DNA of 64,000 nt, taken from NCBI GenBank assembly GCA_043228905.1, contig JBHGNT010000009.1, positions 19,530,001-19,594,000 on the forward strand. Direction: 5' to 3'. The translations under genes were made by a program, and so were the position numbers. The notes beneath the pieces are model-generated. The model did no database searches. It worked only from the letters and a program-made list of their open reading frames with translations, and was not told the DNA's origin. The stretch is from Azolla caroliniana (taxonomy: Eukaryota; Plantae; Polypodiophyta). Positions within the stretch are counted from its first letter, which is position 1. The number at the start of each line of letters is the position of its first letter. Of the stretch, positions 10,810 to 23,448 are shown in pieces.

Positions 10810-11323
10810 CTTTACATGAAGTTGGAGATGTAAACAATGTAAACAACTATCGAACCATCACGGTTGGCTCGTTAATGGCAAAACTATTTGGATGTATAAT
10901 GGAATCAAAGATAAGTTCATGGGCTAGAAAAAATGGTAAGAGACTTATGGACAAGCTGGCTTTCGAAAACATCATAGCACTATTGATCACCTTGTCACCC
11001 TTCGAGTATAAATGGAGGAAAATCGCCTTTAAGGTAAAAGTTTATATTGTTGCTTTGTTGACTTCAAGAAAGCTTTTGATATGGTACATCGTGGGCATCT
11101 TCGGAGGTGAAAGGAAGAACTCGAGGTGCCAAATGAATATATGCTTACAATTTCCCGAATATATGAGAAGGTTATATGTTGTGTGCGTGTGAGAGATAAA
11201 CTTTCAGATTTTTTCAATAACATTATTGATGTTAAGCAAGGATGCTCGCTCTCACCAACACAATTTCGTCTATGCATTGATGAATTGGAAGAATTGGTTG
11301 CCAAGTTTGTAAAGGAAGAATTT
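10810..11323 (+). pseudogene. Non-LTR (LINE) reverse transcriptase fragment; resumes at 29375-29424
   Basis: NNYRTITVGSLMAKLF, CCFVDFKKAFD, VKQGCSLSP. After the nested stack it continues as VEEVAIRNVVIMLL. Confidence 0.8.
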
Positions 11324-11689
11324 TGTAAAGAATCGTGTATGATTCTTGTGTAATGGAAGAGATGTGAAGACTTACAACAACCCTCTCTCTTCATTAACTT
11401 ACAATAACCACTTTCTCTCTTGGGGAATGTGAAGACTCATAGTCATGGGCAATATGTAACTCATTAGTTATGTGTAGAGAGTAGTGGTGTGACTCTTGAC
11501 CTTTGAGTAATCATGTATTCTCAAAAGGTGTGTTCACACGTTGCACTATGTTGAGCTTGATTCTCAACACGCCCCCTCAAGCTCAACTCGGGTCGGTTCC
11601 TTTTGATTGATGTCCTCTTCGATTGGTATCCGGTTCGGACGATCTCCGGTGTCCGCTTCGGCTCGTACCCGGTTCAGATGGTATCCAGT

Positions 11690-14600
11690 TCTCGCTTGTA
11701 CTCCCCCTCAAGCCTGGTAAGTCAAGGATCGTCAATCCAAGGTCTGACATGAATTGCCGAAGCTTGTCGGCTCCTAAGGCTTTGGAGAAGATGTCGGCCG
11801 TCTAAAGATTCGTGTTGATGTGTTGAAGGTCGACATTTCTGGCCTGTACGCGCTATTGAATGGAGTGATAGTGCACTTCGATATGCTTTGTGTGTGCGTG
11901 GAACACCGGGTTCCAAGCCAGATATATACTGCTCATGTTGTCGCAGTAAATGGGAGTCGGATCCTTGATGGGGACGCCCACATCCTTCAAAATTCTCTTG
12001 AGCCATAAGGCTTCACATGCAACTATGGCTGGGCCTTGTATTCGGCCTCCGTACTCGAAAGTGTGATAGTAGGCTGCTTCTTACTACTCCAAGATATTGC
12101 TCCGCTACTGAGCAAAAATACAAATCCAGAGGTTGATCGTCGATCGGCTTTGTAGCCTGCCCAGTCCGCGTCTGTGTAGCCTTCGAGTCGTATTGGTGTG
12201 GCCGATGCGTAGTGAACTTCTTAATCCATTGTGTCGCTCACGTATCGTAATACTCTCTTAGCGCAATCGAAATGGATATCTCGCGGAGTTTGCATGAATT
12301 GGCTAAGGAGTCCAATTGGATAGCTAATGTGGGTCGAGTGATCGTGAGATAGATGAGGCTCTTGATCAGTTGACGATATTGGGTCAGTTCGCATTCTTCT
12401 GTACTGAAGTTGGCATCCAATTTAAGGTTTCGATCGAGAGGGGTTGCCACAGATTTACACCGAGTCATCTCGAACTTGTATAACAAGTTGAGGATGTAGT
12501 GTCGTTGGGAGATCATAATGCCGGCCGAAGTCCGAATTACCTCGATGCCTAGGAAGTAATGAAGCTCCTTCATGTCCGTCATCTCGAATTTGTTGGAGAG
12601 GAGGGACTTCACCTTGTTGATGTCGACTAGATGTCCACCTCCAATGACCAGATCATCCATGTATAGGATGATGATAATTAGGCTTCTAGAGTCCTGCCAT
12701 ACGTAGAGGGAGTTGTCGGATTTCGACATTCGAATGCTAATTTGATGAAGATATTGCGTAATCTTCGAATGCCAAGCACGCGGTGCTTGCTTGAGGCCGT
12801 AGAGAGGCTTCTTGAGTTGGCATACGGATTTTGGAAGAATGCACGATTCGAAGCTAGGTGGTTGTACCATGTACACCTCCTTGTCTAATTCGCCTTGAAG
12901 AAAGGCATTCTTGACGTCCATTTGGTGGAGGTGCCACCCTTTTGCCGCTGCAAGTGCGATCACGGTCCGCACCGTCGTCATCTTTGCCACCTGGGCAAAG
13001 GTATCTTCATAGTCGACTCCATGTGTTTGTGCGTATCCTTTCGCTATGAATCAAGCTTTGTAACGGTTTACAGAGCCGTTGGCATTATACTTCACCTTGT
13101 AGATCCATCTGCAACCAATTGCCTTCTTGTGCGGTGAGTGGGGAACGAGATCCCACGTCTCGTTCTTGGAGAGTGCTTGCATCTCCTCATTCATCGCTTC
13201 AACCCATCTAGGGTCCGTCGCAGCTTCAGAAAACGTTTCCAGCTCCCGTACTGTCACTACCTTCATCATAAAAGCGTAATGGTACACCATATAATCGTTG
13301 TAGCCGAATCGACTTACGGGGTTCTTTTCACGGGTGGATCGGCAGAGCTTCTCGTTTGCGAATACTACGGCTTTCTCCACTCCATTTGTCCGGATCTCAA
13401 GGCCTTCGAACTCACTATCAAGGGAATGATTCGATTCGTTTTTGTTGAAGTGATCATCTTCATACTCTGGCATTTTCTCCTTCCCTTTGTCCATCTTCGT
13501 ACTCGGCCGAGATGTGCTTTGATCGTTCAGGGGCTCTCGGGCCCACTAAGCCTTGTCATAAGTGGGCTTTCTTCGAACATGCGCGTGAGTCGATCTTCGG
13601 CTTCTATCTCTATTTTGGCGGAATTTAGTCGAGCGGAATCGAAGTCAAAGTTTTCTCTGGTACGTACCAGGATGCGGACTCGTCGAAAACGACATCTCCA
13701 CTTACTCGAGATTTTCGAGTTAAGGGGTTGTAGCACTTGTACCCCTTTTGCTCCAGTGAGTATCCTACGAGGATACATTTCTCTGACTTCAGGTCAAGCT
13801 TTTGATGCTTCTCGTCGGGGATGTGCATGTACGCAATGGAGCCGAATATCCGAACATGTGATAGGTCCGACTTCTTTCCGAAAAACTTCTCGTGCAGAGT
13901 AAGTTCGTGCACAGCCGATGTCGTACACCGATTCATGAGGTTTACGGCCGTGTTAGCCGCTTCTTTCCAGTATGACTTTGGCATGTGCTTTTCGTTCATC
14001 ATGGCCCGTGCTACTTCGAGGATGTGCCGATTCTTTCGTTCGGCCACTCCGTTTTGTTGTGGCGTATGTCGACACGAAAACTCTCGCCAAGTTCCTTCTT
14101 TCCGTCGATACGTTGTAAACTCATCCGAGAAATATTTCTTGCCTCCATCCAACCGAAGACATCGTACATGTCGGCCCATGGCTTTCTCGACTTCATTCTT
14201 AAATTTTTGGAAGTGTCCGAACACTTCGCTCTTTTGCCGCATAGGGTAGATCCACGTGTGCCTAGAGAAGTCATCGATGAAGGTCACGTAGTATCGGCAT
14301 CCGCCGAATGTCGTCGTCTGAGCTGGACTCCATACATCAGAATGAATTATGTCGAGTACGCCTTTGCTCACGTTCCGCTCCTTCGAAAATGGGTGCCTAT
14401 ATTGCTTGGCAAATTCGCAAGCGGCACACACGCCTTCAATCTCTTTCTCCGTGAATGTCAGGAGGCCGATGACGACTCATTTCGATTGCATTGCCTTGAG
14501 CTTTTGGAGGTTGATATGGTCAATTCGCTTGTGTCATAACTCTATGTCGGAATCGTCTTTCATTCCCTTTGCAAACATGGCCGATTTCATCTCGTGTGAG

Positions 14601-14697
14601 TCGAGAATGAACATTCGGCCCTCTCTTCATCCGCGAGCAATGAGTCGGCCCTCTTTTTCAATGAAGCAACTGCCTTGATTAAATCGTACTTGCATTC
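11690..14697 (-). pseudogene. Copia pol remnant: integrase (13625-14431), RT (12238-13494), RNase H; frameshifted
   Basis: IHSDVW, QQNGVAERKNR, GCRWIYKVK, QMDVKNAFLQG, LYGLKQAPRAW, YMDD. Confidence 0.9.
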
Positions 14698-17600
14698 TGA
14701 TAGAGTGTATAAGATAATAGATAGTTATACACTATATGAGGGCTTGACCAAACCGATTAGATGGAGTTGAAAATCATAATATATTATATAGCTCTAGGTA
14801 ATTATGATTAGAGAATATAACTCAAGAAACTAAGAAAAAAGATAGAGAAAGCGAGCAAGAAATAAGAATGTTCTGATATTCCAACATCAAGAGAATACAA
14901 AGGAGACAAACTCCACATTGAACTAAAACCAAAGACCTTCCTCTTCTAAGACACTTCCTCTTCCACAAAGACACTTCTTCCTAACACTCCTCATCCACTC
15001 TTTGGCCTTCACTCTTAGCCCCCCTCCTCACTAATATTACTTCTTCTTTTATAACCTTCCTCTTCTTATCCACGTTCATGCTATTTTTAGAAGCTTTTTA
15101 TCTCCCTATTTTTAGCTATGACACATCAACCTTCTAATCGTCATATCTCCCTCATCCGATATCCAAATTAAGCGATTTAAAAAGCTATAGAAATCTCTTT
15201 TTACAAGCTTTCTAATCCATATTTAAACGTGATATTTGGATAAACAACGAGGGAGTTATGACCATTCTATTTTTACTGTTTTTTATAGTCTGCGTTTTCT
15301 CTTTTTACTTTTCTCTTGGTCTCGTACTTTTACTTTTGACTTCTTCCCTAAGGTCTTAGTTCGTGTTCTTATCCTCAAAAGGTGAATTATCTATACTTTA
15401 TATTCTCCTAATGTTCAATGGCTTAGATTCTAAAAACACTTTCACATTTAGCCCTCCCCCTTGTTAGAGGCTAAGCCATTTATGGCGAAGCACTTATTGG
15501 CAGTACTTAACAAACAAAAGCTCTCTCGCCAATCTCTTGGCTATAGACAATGAGAGAGATATAATAAAAAGAAAATAAAAAGATGTGAGTAAAACCCCCG
15601 CTAATCGGTAGGAAAAACCTCACATTCTCTACAAATAAAAAAAATAATCACTATTACCATCTTCCTTTTTGTTAATAGAGAGAAAGATGGGTCTACAATA
15701 TGGACTATTAAGAAAATAATGTATGGGGAAACAAGTCCACTTCTTGCTCCCATCCATCCGTATCAACAATATCATTAGTAACTTGGGGAATATAAGTAGG
15801 TCCCCGAGTTACATACTTTTTAAGGCGCCATCCGTTCACTCGATAAGAATGAAGTGCTCCATCCACATCTTTCAATTGGTAACTTCCGTTGTCATACTTT
15901 TTGTGAACCACAAAGGGTCCTTCCCACTTATTATCAAGCTTTTGTCCTTGAATATAATCATATCTATTATCATACCTAAGAACCAATGATCCTTCTTCAA
16001 TGTGGTTGCCCTTGTGTTTTTTGTCATATGCCTCCTTTCTCTTCATTGCTTGATTTAAGTAATGCTCCACAGCTTCTTCTCTTGAATATTGTAGTAGATG
16101 GTTGCTCGCTAAACGACTCATCACATCATTTCCTTTTGAGCGATGCGATGCCTCCATTAGTCTATTACTTTTGATCTCAAGTTCGATCGGAAGTAACGCT
16201 TCTTTTCCATAAACCAAATAAAAAGGAGTAAAACCTGTGGAGGATTTATAAGAAACTCTATAAGCCCAAAGAGTGTCATCCAAATACCTATCCCATGTTC
16301 TTACTTTGTCTTGCACTAACTTTGTCAAATTCTTCACTATAAGCCCATTCACTTTCTCAACTGCACCATTTGCTTGAGGATAATAAGGCGTTGAATATCG
16401 ATGCTTAATCTTCAACCTGCTTAATAGACAAGCTAACATTTCACTCCTAAAACCGGGTCCATGATCGGATACAATCTCCATGGGAACTCCAAATCTAGTA
16501 CAAATATTCTTATACACAAATTGGGCTACATCTTTGGCTTTAATCGAGGAAGTTGCTATAGCTTCCACCCACTTTGTCATGTAGTCAATGGCCACCAAAA
16601 TAAACTCTTTACCATGTTGAGTTTTCGGAAGAGGTCCTACTGCATCAATTCCCCATTTCTCGAATGGAGCAAACACCACAATGGGTTGTAAAGGTCCACT
16701 TTGTAGATGTCTTATTCCCGCTTTTTGACATGCATCACAAGATCTACACCAAACATGCACATCCCTATGGATAGTAGGCCATGTAAAACCAATTAGTAAA
16801 ATCTTTCTTATCATTATATCATGGGCTAAATGCCCACCACAAACTTCTTCATGCAACTTAAAGAGTATCTTTATAATCTCGCTTTTGTTAGGAACTCTTC
16901 GTAAAACTCCATCTTTCCCTTTGTTGTACAAATCTTCACCCACCAAATGATATTGTGAAGCCTTTGCCACCAAACGCTTTCTTTGCAAAGCATTGAGGTT
17001 ATTTGGAAACTCTCCTTTATTAAGAAAATTATGTACTTCCTCTAGGGAGTCTACATCTTTGCACGTCTCCAAAACACCAACGAAACCTTCCTTGATCTTA
17101 TCTAATTGGGCTTGAGCTAATGCATCCGCTTCTTTATTGTATAATCTCCTCACATGCTTAATCTGTATCTTTTCAAAAGACCTTAGTAGACTCATTGCTT
17201 CTTTATAAAAATTTCTAAGCCCATCACTTTGACATTTCCAATTGCCTTGAATTTGTTTAATTACCAATAAGGAATCACCCTTAAGAATTAATCTTTTTAT
17301 CTTCATAGCTTTACATAGACGAAGACCATAACACAAGGTAGCATACTCCGCTTCATTATTTGAATTCACACCACTTAATGTAATACCTTCACCTTTTACT
17401 CTGTCTCCTTGAGGATCCTTGAGAATAATCCCACCCACGGCTATGTTTGTGGCTTTGCGAAATGCCCCATCAAAGAATAAGGTGAATGCATCCTCCATAT
17501 CCGGCTCGGGAAGTGCCTTTCGTAGCTTTACCAAGTCTTCTTCATGAAAGGTTTCTCTAAAGGTGAGAAGATCCGCCAATTCGGCACGCATAGTTGATTC

Positions 17601-20600
17601 CAATTTGACTTCAAAATCAAACTCCGCCAATAGTAGAGCCCATTTAGCAATTCGTGCTGAAATGCTCACATGTTGGAGTACATATGGGAGTAATGACATG
17701 CTAGTGATTATTACAAAATGATGAGGTAGTAGAAAGCTTCTAAACTTTTTACAAGCATATATAAGAGCTAACATCCACTTTTCTACTTCTAAGAATTCTT
17801 TCTCTACATCAGACATGGCTTTACTAATAAAATATATAGGATGCATAAGCCTATTTTCAGAATCTTGTTGCATAAGAATGGCTCCTATAGCATGAGATCC
17901 AACACTAAGAGAAAGAAAGAAGGTAGATGTTCTATCAGGTGGCTTTAGAATAGGAGCATTACATAATAGTTCTTTTATTCTTACATATTGCTCTTCAGTT
18001 GTAGATGTCCACAAGAAGTTGTTGGTGCGAAGAATAATGCGAAAAGGATAGAGAATTTGGGCCAACATATGAATGAATCGTTCAAAGTAACGAACTTTTT
18101 GAACAAATACCTCCAAATCTTTGATACTCGTGGGTGTTGTCATCTTTTGAATTGCTTCAATCTTTGAGCTATCAACTTTGATTCCTTCTTGAGACACCAC
18201 ATGACCAAGCATCACCACCTCCTTTTCACCTATGTGACACTTCTCTGGGTTGAGTTGCATTTTGCATTCCTCCAATCTTTTGAATGCCAAGCGAACCTTT
18301 TCCAAATGGTCTTTCCTGCTACTATAAATTGCAAAGTCATCCATAAAGACTCTAACAAACTTTCCAAAGAATGGTTGGAATACATGAATAGCAAGACGAT
18401 TAAATGTAAAAACAGCATTTGTGAGTCCAAAGGGCATGCATCGATATGCAAAGCATCCCCATGGAGTGATGAATGTCGTCTTCTTTTGATCCTCTTCCGC
18501 AATACGAATTTGAAAATAACCTGAATAGCCATCACAAACAGAGTACATTTCATGACCCGCAATTTCATCTAATATTTCATCTTGGAAAGGGAGAGGAAAG
18601 TGATCCCTCTTGGTAGCCGCATTTAGAGGTTTGTAATCAACACAAACCCTCCATTTTCCATTCTTTTTAGGTACCACCACAATGGGCGAAACCCATTCAG
18701 AATCTTCCACTGGGTAAATGAATTGTGCACGCAACAAAGCTTTGACTTCCTTTAATAAGGCCTCCTTTTGCACGTGACCTAGCCTTCGCAACTTTTGCGC
18801 AACGGGAGTTGTACCCTCCTTTAGATTTATGTGATGTTGGATGACATCTACACCCCTAATATGAGCATAATCACTAATGAAAAGGTTAGGAAATTCAGAA
18901 ATCAAATTAATAAATTGTTGCCTCTCTTGCCCTTTAAGATCTTTAGAAATCATCTTCTCTTTTTGCTCCATAGTAATTAAACCTCCTTCATCATCTTCTT
19001 CCTTCAAAACGGCATATGATGTGGTCATTTCCCATTCTGACGAGGAATCTTCACTTTCATCACTTTCATATGCGGACCCACTATCATATTCAGTTATTCC
19101 ATCTTCTTCTTTCTCAATAAGTCTTTGTTGCCGCATATCATAATGTATGCTCACTCCTTTTGATGGCGTTATGGTCATCAAACCTTTGCTCCAATCTTGG
19201 ACAACATTGAGTTCTTGCATCCATGGTCGTCCTAGTACCAAAGAATATGACGGTCCTTTTAGTGGTATTACATGAAAATCCATGGAAATGCTTACCCCAA
19301 AACACTTGATGACAACATCCTCCACTATGCCAATGCAATGGACCACTCCACCATCGGCTACAGCCACTCTTGCCGAAGATGACCTACTTATAGGAATTCC
19401 CACTTTGTTTACCACAAATTCAGAAATCAAGCTTACTCTAGCACCACTATCAACCAACGCATCTTTGATGTGAAACCCTTTGATGGAGACGGGGATGGTG
19501 GGTCGTATGTCCTTTCGATCTTCTACTCGCACGATTCCCACATAATGCACAGTCTTCCGACTTTGGCGAATACTTGCAAGTCGCCCCCACTCCTTTCGTA
19601 ATGTGGGAGATAATTGGAGAAGTTGCGGCCATGTTATCCTTGGTCCACTTGAAATCAACTCATGCTTCAAATTGAAAGCTTCTACACCTTCACCCATAGG
19701 AATGTCCTCCATCTTGATCTTTCTTCTAGAGTGTCTCCTTCTCAATTTTTCCTCTTTCTCATTCTCCTTAGACTTCTTCTTTTGTCTTGAGGCACTAGAT
19801 TCTCCTTCAACTTCTTTCTCCTTTTGCGAGGACCTTGTCCTTTTCACAGGAGCTACTTCAAAAGAATTATCACTATCATCAATAAAATTAAGAAGATTCA
19901 CATTATGAGGAATTGTAGGAACCTGAGCCATAGGGAGTGTTACGTTTCCTTCGACTTCATTGTTGTTAGGTCGTTGTCCATTCCTTTGCACGTGATAAAT
20001 GCCTCTTCCCATGCCTCTTTGTTGTCGATGAGGACATCTTGTTGAGATGTGTCCCTCCTCTTGACAAGAATAACAAATTACACCGTGATGCCCTCTAGAG
20101 CCACCACTATCGGGAATAGTGTTGTGAATTGCTTGGGATTGTCGCAAGTGGGTCATCACTTCATCAAAGCGCCGATTTACCAATGCCATGGTATCTTGTT
20201 CACTCCTCACTTGTTCAACTTCTTGGGATATACTTGTTGGGTTTATTGTTGTGGTGGTATACACATTTGGAAACACTTGTCCCCCATGCACAATTGAAGA
20301 TGAGGCTTGAAAGTTGGCACGAGGCATCAAATTTGCACCCAAAGCCGTCATTTGGGGATCCCCCAAGGAGCTCATCATCTTCACTTGTCGATCATAAGCT
20401 TGACAAACTTGGATAAGAGCTTGAAACGATGTGGGATCCTTCAAGTTTGCTTCCAAACGGAAATACATATCAAGACCCATCTTGAATCGTTCCATTTTAA
20501 ACCACTCGTCTTCAGTGCCGCCACGAAGACGAATCCATGTAGTCCACAAATCCTTGAAATTTCTTTCATACTCAGTGAAACCAATTGGTGATTCCATCTT

Positions 20601-21704
20601 TAGTCGAAATAGCTCTTCCCTTACTTCGGTTGCACTTCGTCGTTGAATATATTTGGCACGAAACTGGTGCACCAACAATTGATATGCTCCCTGTTGGTTT
20701 GGAGGAAGAGAGTCATACCAATCTCGAGCTCGACCATAGAATGTAGCTACTAATAAAGGTAACTTCTCATTGTCGGTGATGCGTCCAATAGAGACAGCAT
20801 GATGCTCAAAAGATGCCAAAAAGGCACCCGCATCTTGTGTTCTTTCACCTGAAAATGCAAATTGCATAGCTAAGTTAATGTAATATAGTAACACAATTAA
20901 ATGATAAGTTCTCCCTCCTATACGGAAAGGATCCGCCCTCCCTGGAGCGCCAAAATGATAGAGTGTATAAGATAATAGATAGTTATACACTATATGAGGG
21001 CTTGACCAAACCGATTAGATGGAGTTGAAAATCATAATATATTATATAGCTCTAGGTAATTATGATTAGAGAATATAACTCAAGAAACTAAGAAAAAAGA
21101 TAGAGAAAGCGAGCAAGAAATAAGAATGTTCTGATATTCCAACATCAAGAGAATACAAAGGAGACAAACTCCACATTGAACTAAAACCAAAGACCTTCCT
21201 CTTCTAAGACACTTCCTCTTCCACAAAGACACTTCTTCCTAACACTCCTCATCCACTCTTTGGCCTTCACTCTTAGCCCCCCTCCTCACTAATATTACTT
21301 CTTCTTTTATAACCTTCCTCTTCTTATCCACGTTCATGCTATTTTTAGAAGCTTTTTATCTCCCTATTTTTAGCTATGACACATCAACCTTCTAATCGTC
21401 ATATCTCCCTCATCCGATATCCAAATTAAGCGATTTAAAAAGCTATAGAAATCTCTTTTTACAAGCTTTCTAATCCATATTTAAACGTGATATTTGGATA
21501 AACAACGAGGGAGTTATGACCATTCTATTTTTACTGTTTTTTATAGTCTGCGTTTTCTCTTTTTACTTTTCTCTTGGTCTCGTACTTTTACTTTTGACTT
21601 CTTCCCTAAGGTCTTAGTTCGTGTTCTTATCCTCAAAAGGTGAATTATCTATACTTTATATTCTCCTAATGTTCAATGGCTTAGATTCTAAAAACACTTT
21701 CACA
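14698..21704 (-). mobile_element. Intact Ty3/Gypsy Tat-type retrotransposon (7007 bp)
   Basis: 749-bp LTRs 14698-15446 and 20956-21704, no differences seen by eye; TSD CATTC; PBS TGGCGCTCCAGGGAGGG (from 20952); PPT AGGGGGAGGG at ~15452-15461. Confidence 0.96.
15708..20867 (-). CDS. Gag-PR-RT-RH-aRH-INT polyprotein, ~1719 aa
   Basis: CYSCQEEGHISTRC; ALVDSGA; WRVCVDY, MPFGL, FMDD; second RNase H LFFDGA..NNEAEY..GDS..NKEADALA; GGH..CDAC, WGIDAVGP, SDHG, QANGAVE, WEGPF. First ATG after the PBS is at 20867. Confidence 0.95.
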   Translation of the reverse strand: MQFAFSGERTQDAGAFLASFEHHAVSIGRITDNEKLPLLVATFYGRARDWYDSLPPNQQGAYQLLVHQFRAKYIQRRSATEVREELFRLKMESPIGFTEYERNFKDLWTTWIRLRGGTEDEWFKMERFKMGLDMYFRLEANLKDPTSFQALIQVCQAYDRQVKMMSSLGDPQMTALGANLMPRANFQASSSIVHGGQVFPNVYTTTTINPTSISQEVEQVRSEQDTMALVNRRFDEVMTHLRQSQAIHNTIPDSGGSRGHHGVICYSCQEEGHISTRCPHRQQRGMGRGIYHVQRNGQRPNNNEVEGNVTLPMAQVPTIPHNVNLLNFIDDSDNSFEVAPVKRTRSSQKEKEVEGESSASRQKKKSKENEKEEKLRRRHSRRKIKMEDIPMGEGVEAFNLKHELISSGPRITWPQLLQLSPTLRKEWGRLASIRQSRKTVHYVGIVRVEDRKDIRPTIPVSIKGFHIKDALVDSGARVSLISEFVVNKVGIPISRSSSARVAVADGGVVHCIGIVEDVVIKCFGVSISMDFHVIPLKGPSYSLVLGRPWMQELNVVQDWSKGLMTITPSKGVSIHYDMRQQRLIEKEEDGITEYDSGSAYESDESEDSSSEWEMTTSYAVLKEEDDEGGLITMEQKEKMISKDLKGQERQQFINLISEFPNLFISDYAHIRGVDVIQHHINLKEGTTPVAQKLRRLGHVQKEALLKEVKALLRAQFIYPVEDSEWVSPIVVVPKKNGKWRVCVDYKPLNAATKRDHFPLPFQDEILDEIAGHEMYSVCDGYSGYFQIRIAEEDQKKTTFITPWGCFAYRCMPFGLTNAVFTFNRLAIHVFQPFFGKFVRVFMDDFAIYSSRKDHLEKVRLAFKRLEECKMQLNPEKCHIGEKEVVMLGHVVSQEGIKVDSSKIEAIQKMTTPTSIKDLEVFVQKVRYFERFIHMLAQILYPFRIILRTNNFLWTSTTEEQYVRIKELLCNAPILKPPDRTSTFFLSLSVGSHAIGAILMQQDSENRLMHPIYFISKAMSDVEKEFLEVEKWMLALIYACKKFRSFLLPHHFVIITSMSLLPYVLQHVSISARIAKWALLLAEFDFEVKLESTMRAELADLLTFRETFHEEDLVKLRKALPEPDMEDAFTLFFDGAFRKATNIAVGGIILKDPQGDRVKGEGITLSGVNSNNEAEYATLCYGLRLCKAMKIKRLILKGDSLLVIKQIQGNWKCQSDGLRNFYKEAMSLLRSFEKIQIKHVRRLYNKEADALAQAQLDKIKEGFVGVLETCKDVDSLEEVHNFLNKGEFPNNLNALQRKRLVAKASQYHLVGEDLYNKGKDGVLRRVPNKSEIIKILFKLHEEVCGGHLAHDIMIRKILLIGFTWPTIHRDVHVWCRSCDACQKAGIRHLQSGPLQPIVVFAPFEKWGIDAVGPLPKTQHGKEFILVAIDYMTKWVEAIATSSIKAKDVAQFVYKNICTRFGVPMEIVSDHGPGFRSEMLACLLSRLKIKHRYSTPYYPQANGAVEKVNGLIVKNLTKLVQDKVRTWDRYLDDTLWAYRVSYKSSTGFTPFYLVYGKEALLPIELEIKSNRLMEASHRSKGNDVMSRLASNHLLQYSREEAVEHYLNQAMKRKEAYDKKHKGNHIEEGSLVLRYDNRYDYIQGQKLDNKWEGPFVVHKKYDNGSYQLKDVDGALHSYRVNGWRLKKYVTRGPTYIPQVTNDIVDTDGWEQEVDLFPHTLFS

Positions 21705-21709
21705 CATTC

Positions 21710-22939
21710 CTTCCTCTACAATTTGCCGATGGAGACCAAATTCTTCGTGATAGTTGGTACATGCAAGAAATTTTTAATATAAGTTTGCTTACCTTCTTCT
21801 CCGAACGGAACATTGCCGATGTGCCGAATCGGGTGCGTAGTGTCGTCTCCAGTTTCGACCAAGCCGGGTCGGTCCGGCTCTCAAAGTTCTTGGAACCATT
21901 CTTGATGCGACGTCATATGGTTCGAGGCACCGGAATCGACGAACCATACGTCTTCCGGACCGGAGGCATTAGTAGAAGTAGAGGCCGACATAGAATTCGC
22001 TCTCTGTCTCATCACGAACATTCCGCCGCAATCGTCATAGTCAAAGTTGATGGCGTAGTTGGTGAGTTGTCGGCTAGTGGAAGCCGACTCGCGTATCTAC
22101 TTACGGCATTCGTCTTCGTGGTTACCGATTTTTCCATAATATCCACATTCGACCGAGCTTTATCGGTTCGGACCAGAATGGAAACTCCCCCTTCTTTCGA
22201 AGGTTCCTCGATGGCTTCCGTCTTGATGCCGAAATTGCGAGTTGTTTTCATAAGTTGGGCCTCGTCCGCCTTGTCCTTGGCCGAATCGGCCTCTTCTTGC
22301 ACGGCCACGTCCTCTTCCTTCATCCGAATGCATGTAGAGCATGTGGCCTTCCAAGGCGTTGCTCCTCATTCGAACATGGTTTTCTTCGACCAACAACATA
22401 GATTGAAGATCGAAGGAGGGTGGATTCTCCCATGCTAGTACGGCGGTCCGCATCGCGTCGAATCGTGGTGCAAGGCCGCCAAGGCATATTTGCACAATCT
22501 CATCATCGTCCACATTGACGCTTATCGAGCCAAGGGAGTCACAAATCTCCTTGATCTTCAAGGTGTAGCTTTTGATGGACATATCCCTTTGTTGGATGTT
22601 GTTCAACTCTTGGCGGAGTTGAAGCTTTCTCGTGGTAGTGTTGGCGGTGAAAATCTTTTGTAGATTCTCCCACGCTTCCTTCGGCGTCTCGGCTTCTCGA
22701 ATGTACCCGATCATGTGGTCATGAACACATGTCGCCAAGCAATACATCACTTGGCTTGACGCTTGCTCCCACGTTGCATAGTCGACATCTTCTGGGTTGG
22801 GTCGGTTTTCTTGCGCTCCCTTGATGTAACCCCAATAGCCTTGGCCGACAAGGTATTGGTGCATCTCGTACTCCCAAGATGCGAAGTTGTTTCGGTCCAA
22901 CTTTTCGCTAGGGAGAGCGCTCCCCATTTGAGTATTCAT
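21710..22939 (-). pseudogene. Copia gag/protease remnant of the 11324-29374 element
   Basis: LDRNNFASWEYEM.., RKLQLRQEL (Copia Gag); WFVDSGASNHMT encoded near 21950. Confidence 0.85.
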
Positions 22940-23448
22940 TGTCGATTAAGCTTCCTTTCTTCGTTTCCTTCTCTCTCGAAAACGAGCTATGTAGTCGTAC
23001 TACGATAGCGATGAGCTGGTTCTTCTTGAACATTGGTGTAGAGCACAACACACGATCATGATGAGGCGAGTGGGCTAGATCGAGCTACCAAATCGCTCTG
23101 GTACCATGTAAAGAATCGTGTATGATTCTTGTGTAGCGGAAGAGATGTGTGTTAAGTGTATGTGTGAGAGGAATTAGAGGAGAGATGAGAGAACACAAGA
23201 TAGATAGAAAAAGGAATACTCAAGAAGAAGAAGATGTATATTTCACAAGTAGAATGGATATACAAAATTGTAGCATTACAAGGAGTCGCAGCCAACTTGA
23301 TATGAAGTATGAGGAGGGTGCTTTATATAGAGTCACCCTCTCTCTTCATTAACTTACAACAACCACTCTCTCTCTTGGGGAATGTGAAGACTCATAGTCA
23401 TGGGGAATATGTAACACATTAGTTATGTGTAGAGAGTAGTGGTGTGAC

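Noticed and set aside
10204-10810. Possible additional LTR fragment (similarly 57743-58016)
   Set aside because: No confident termini, TSD or second copy in the window.
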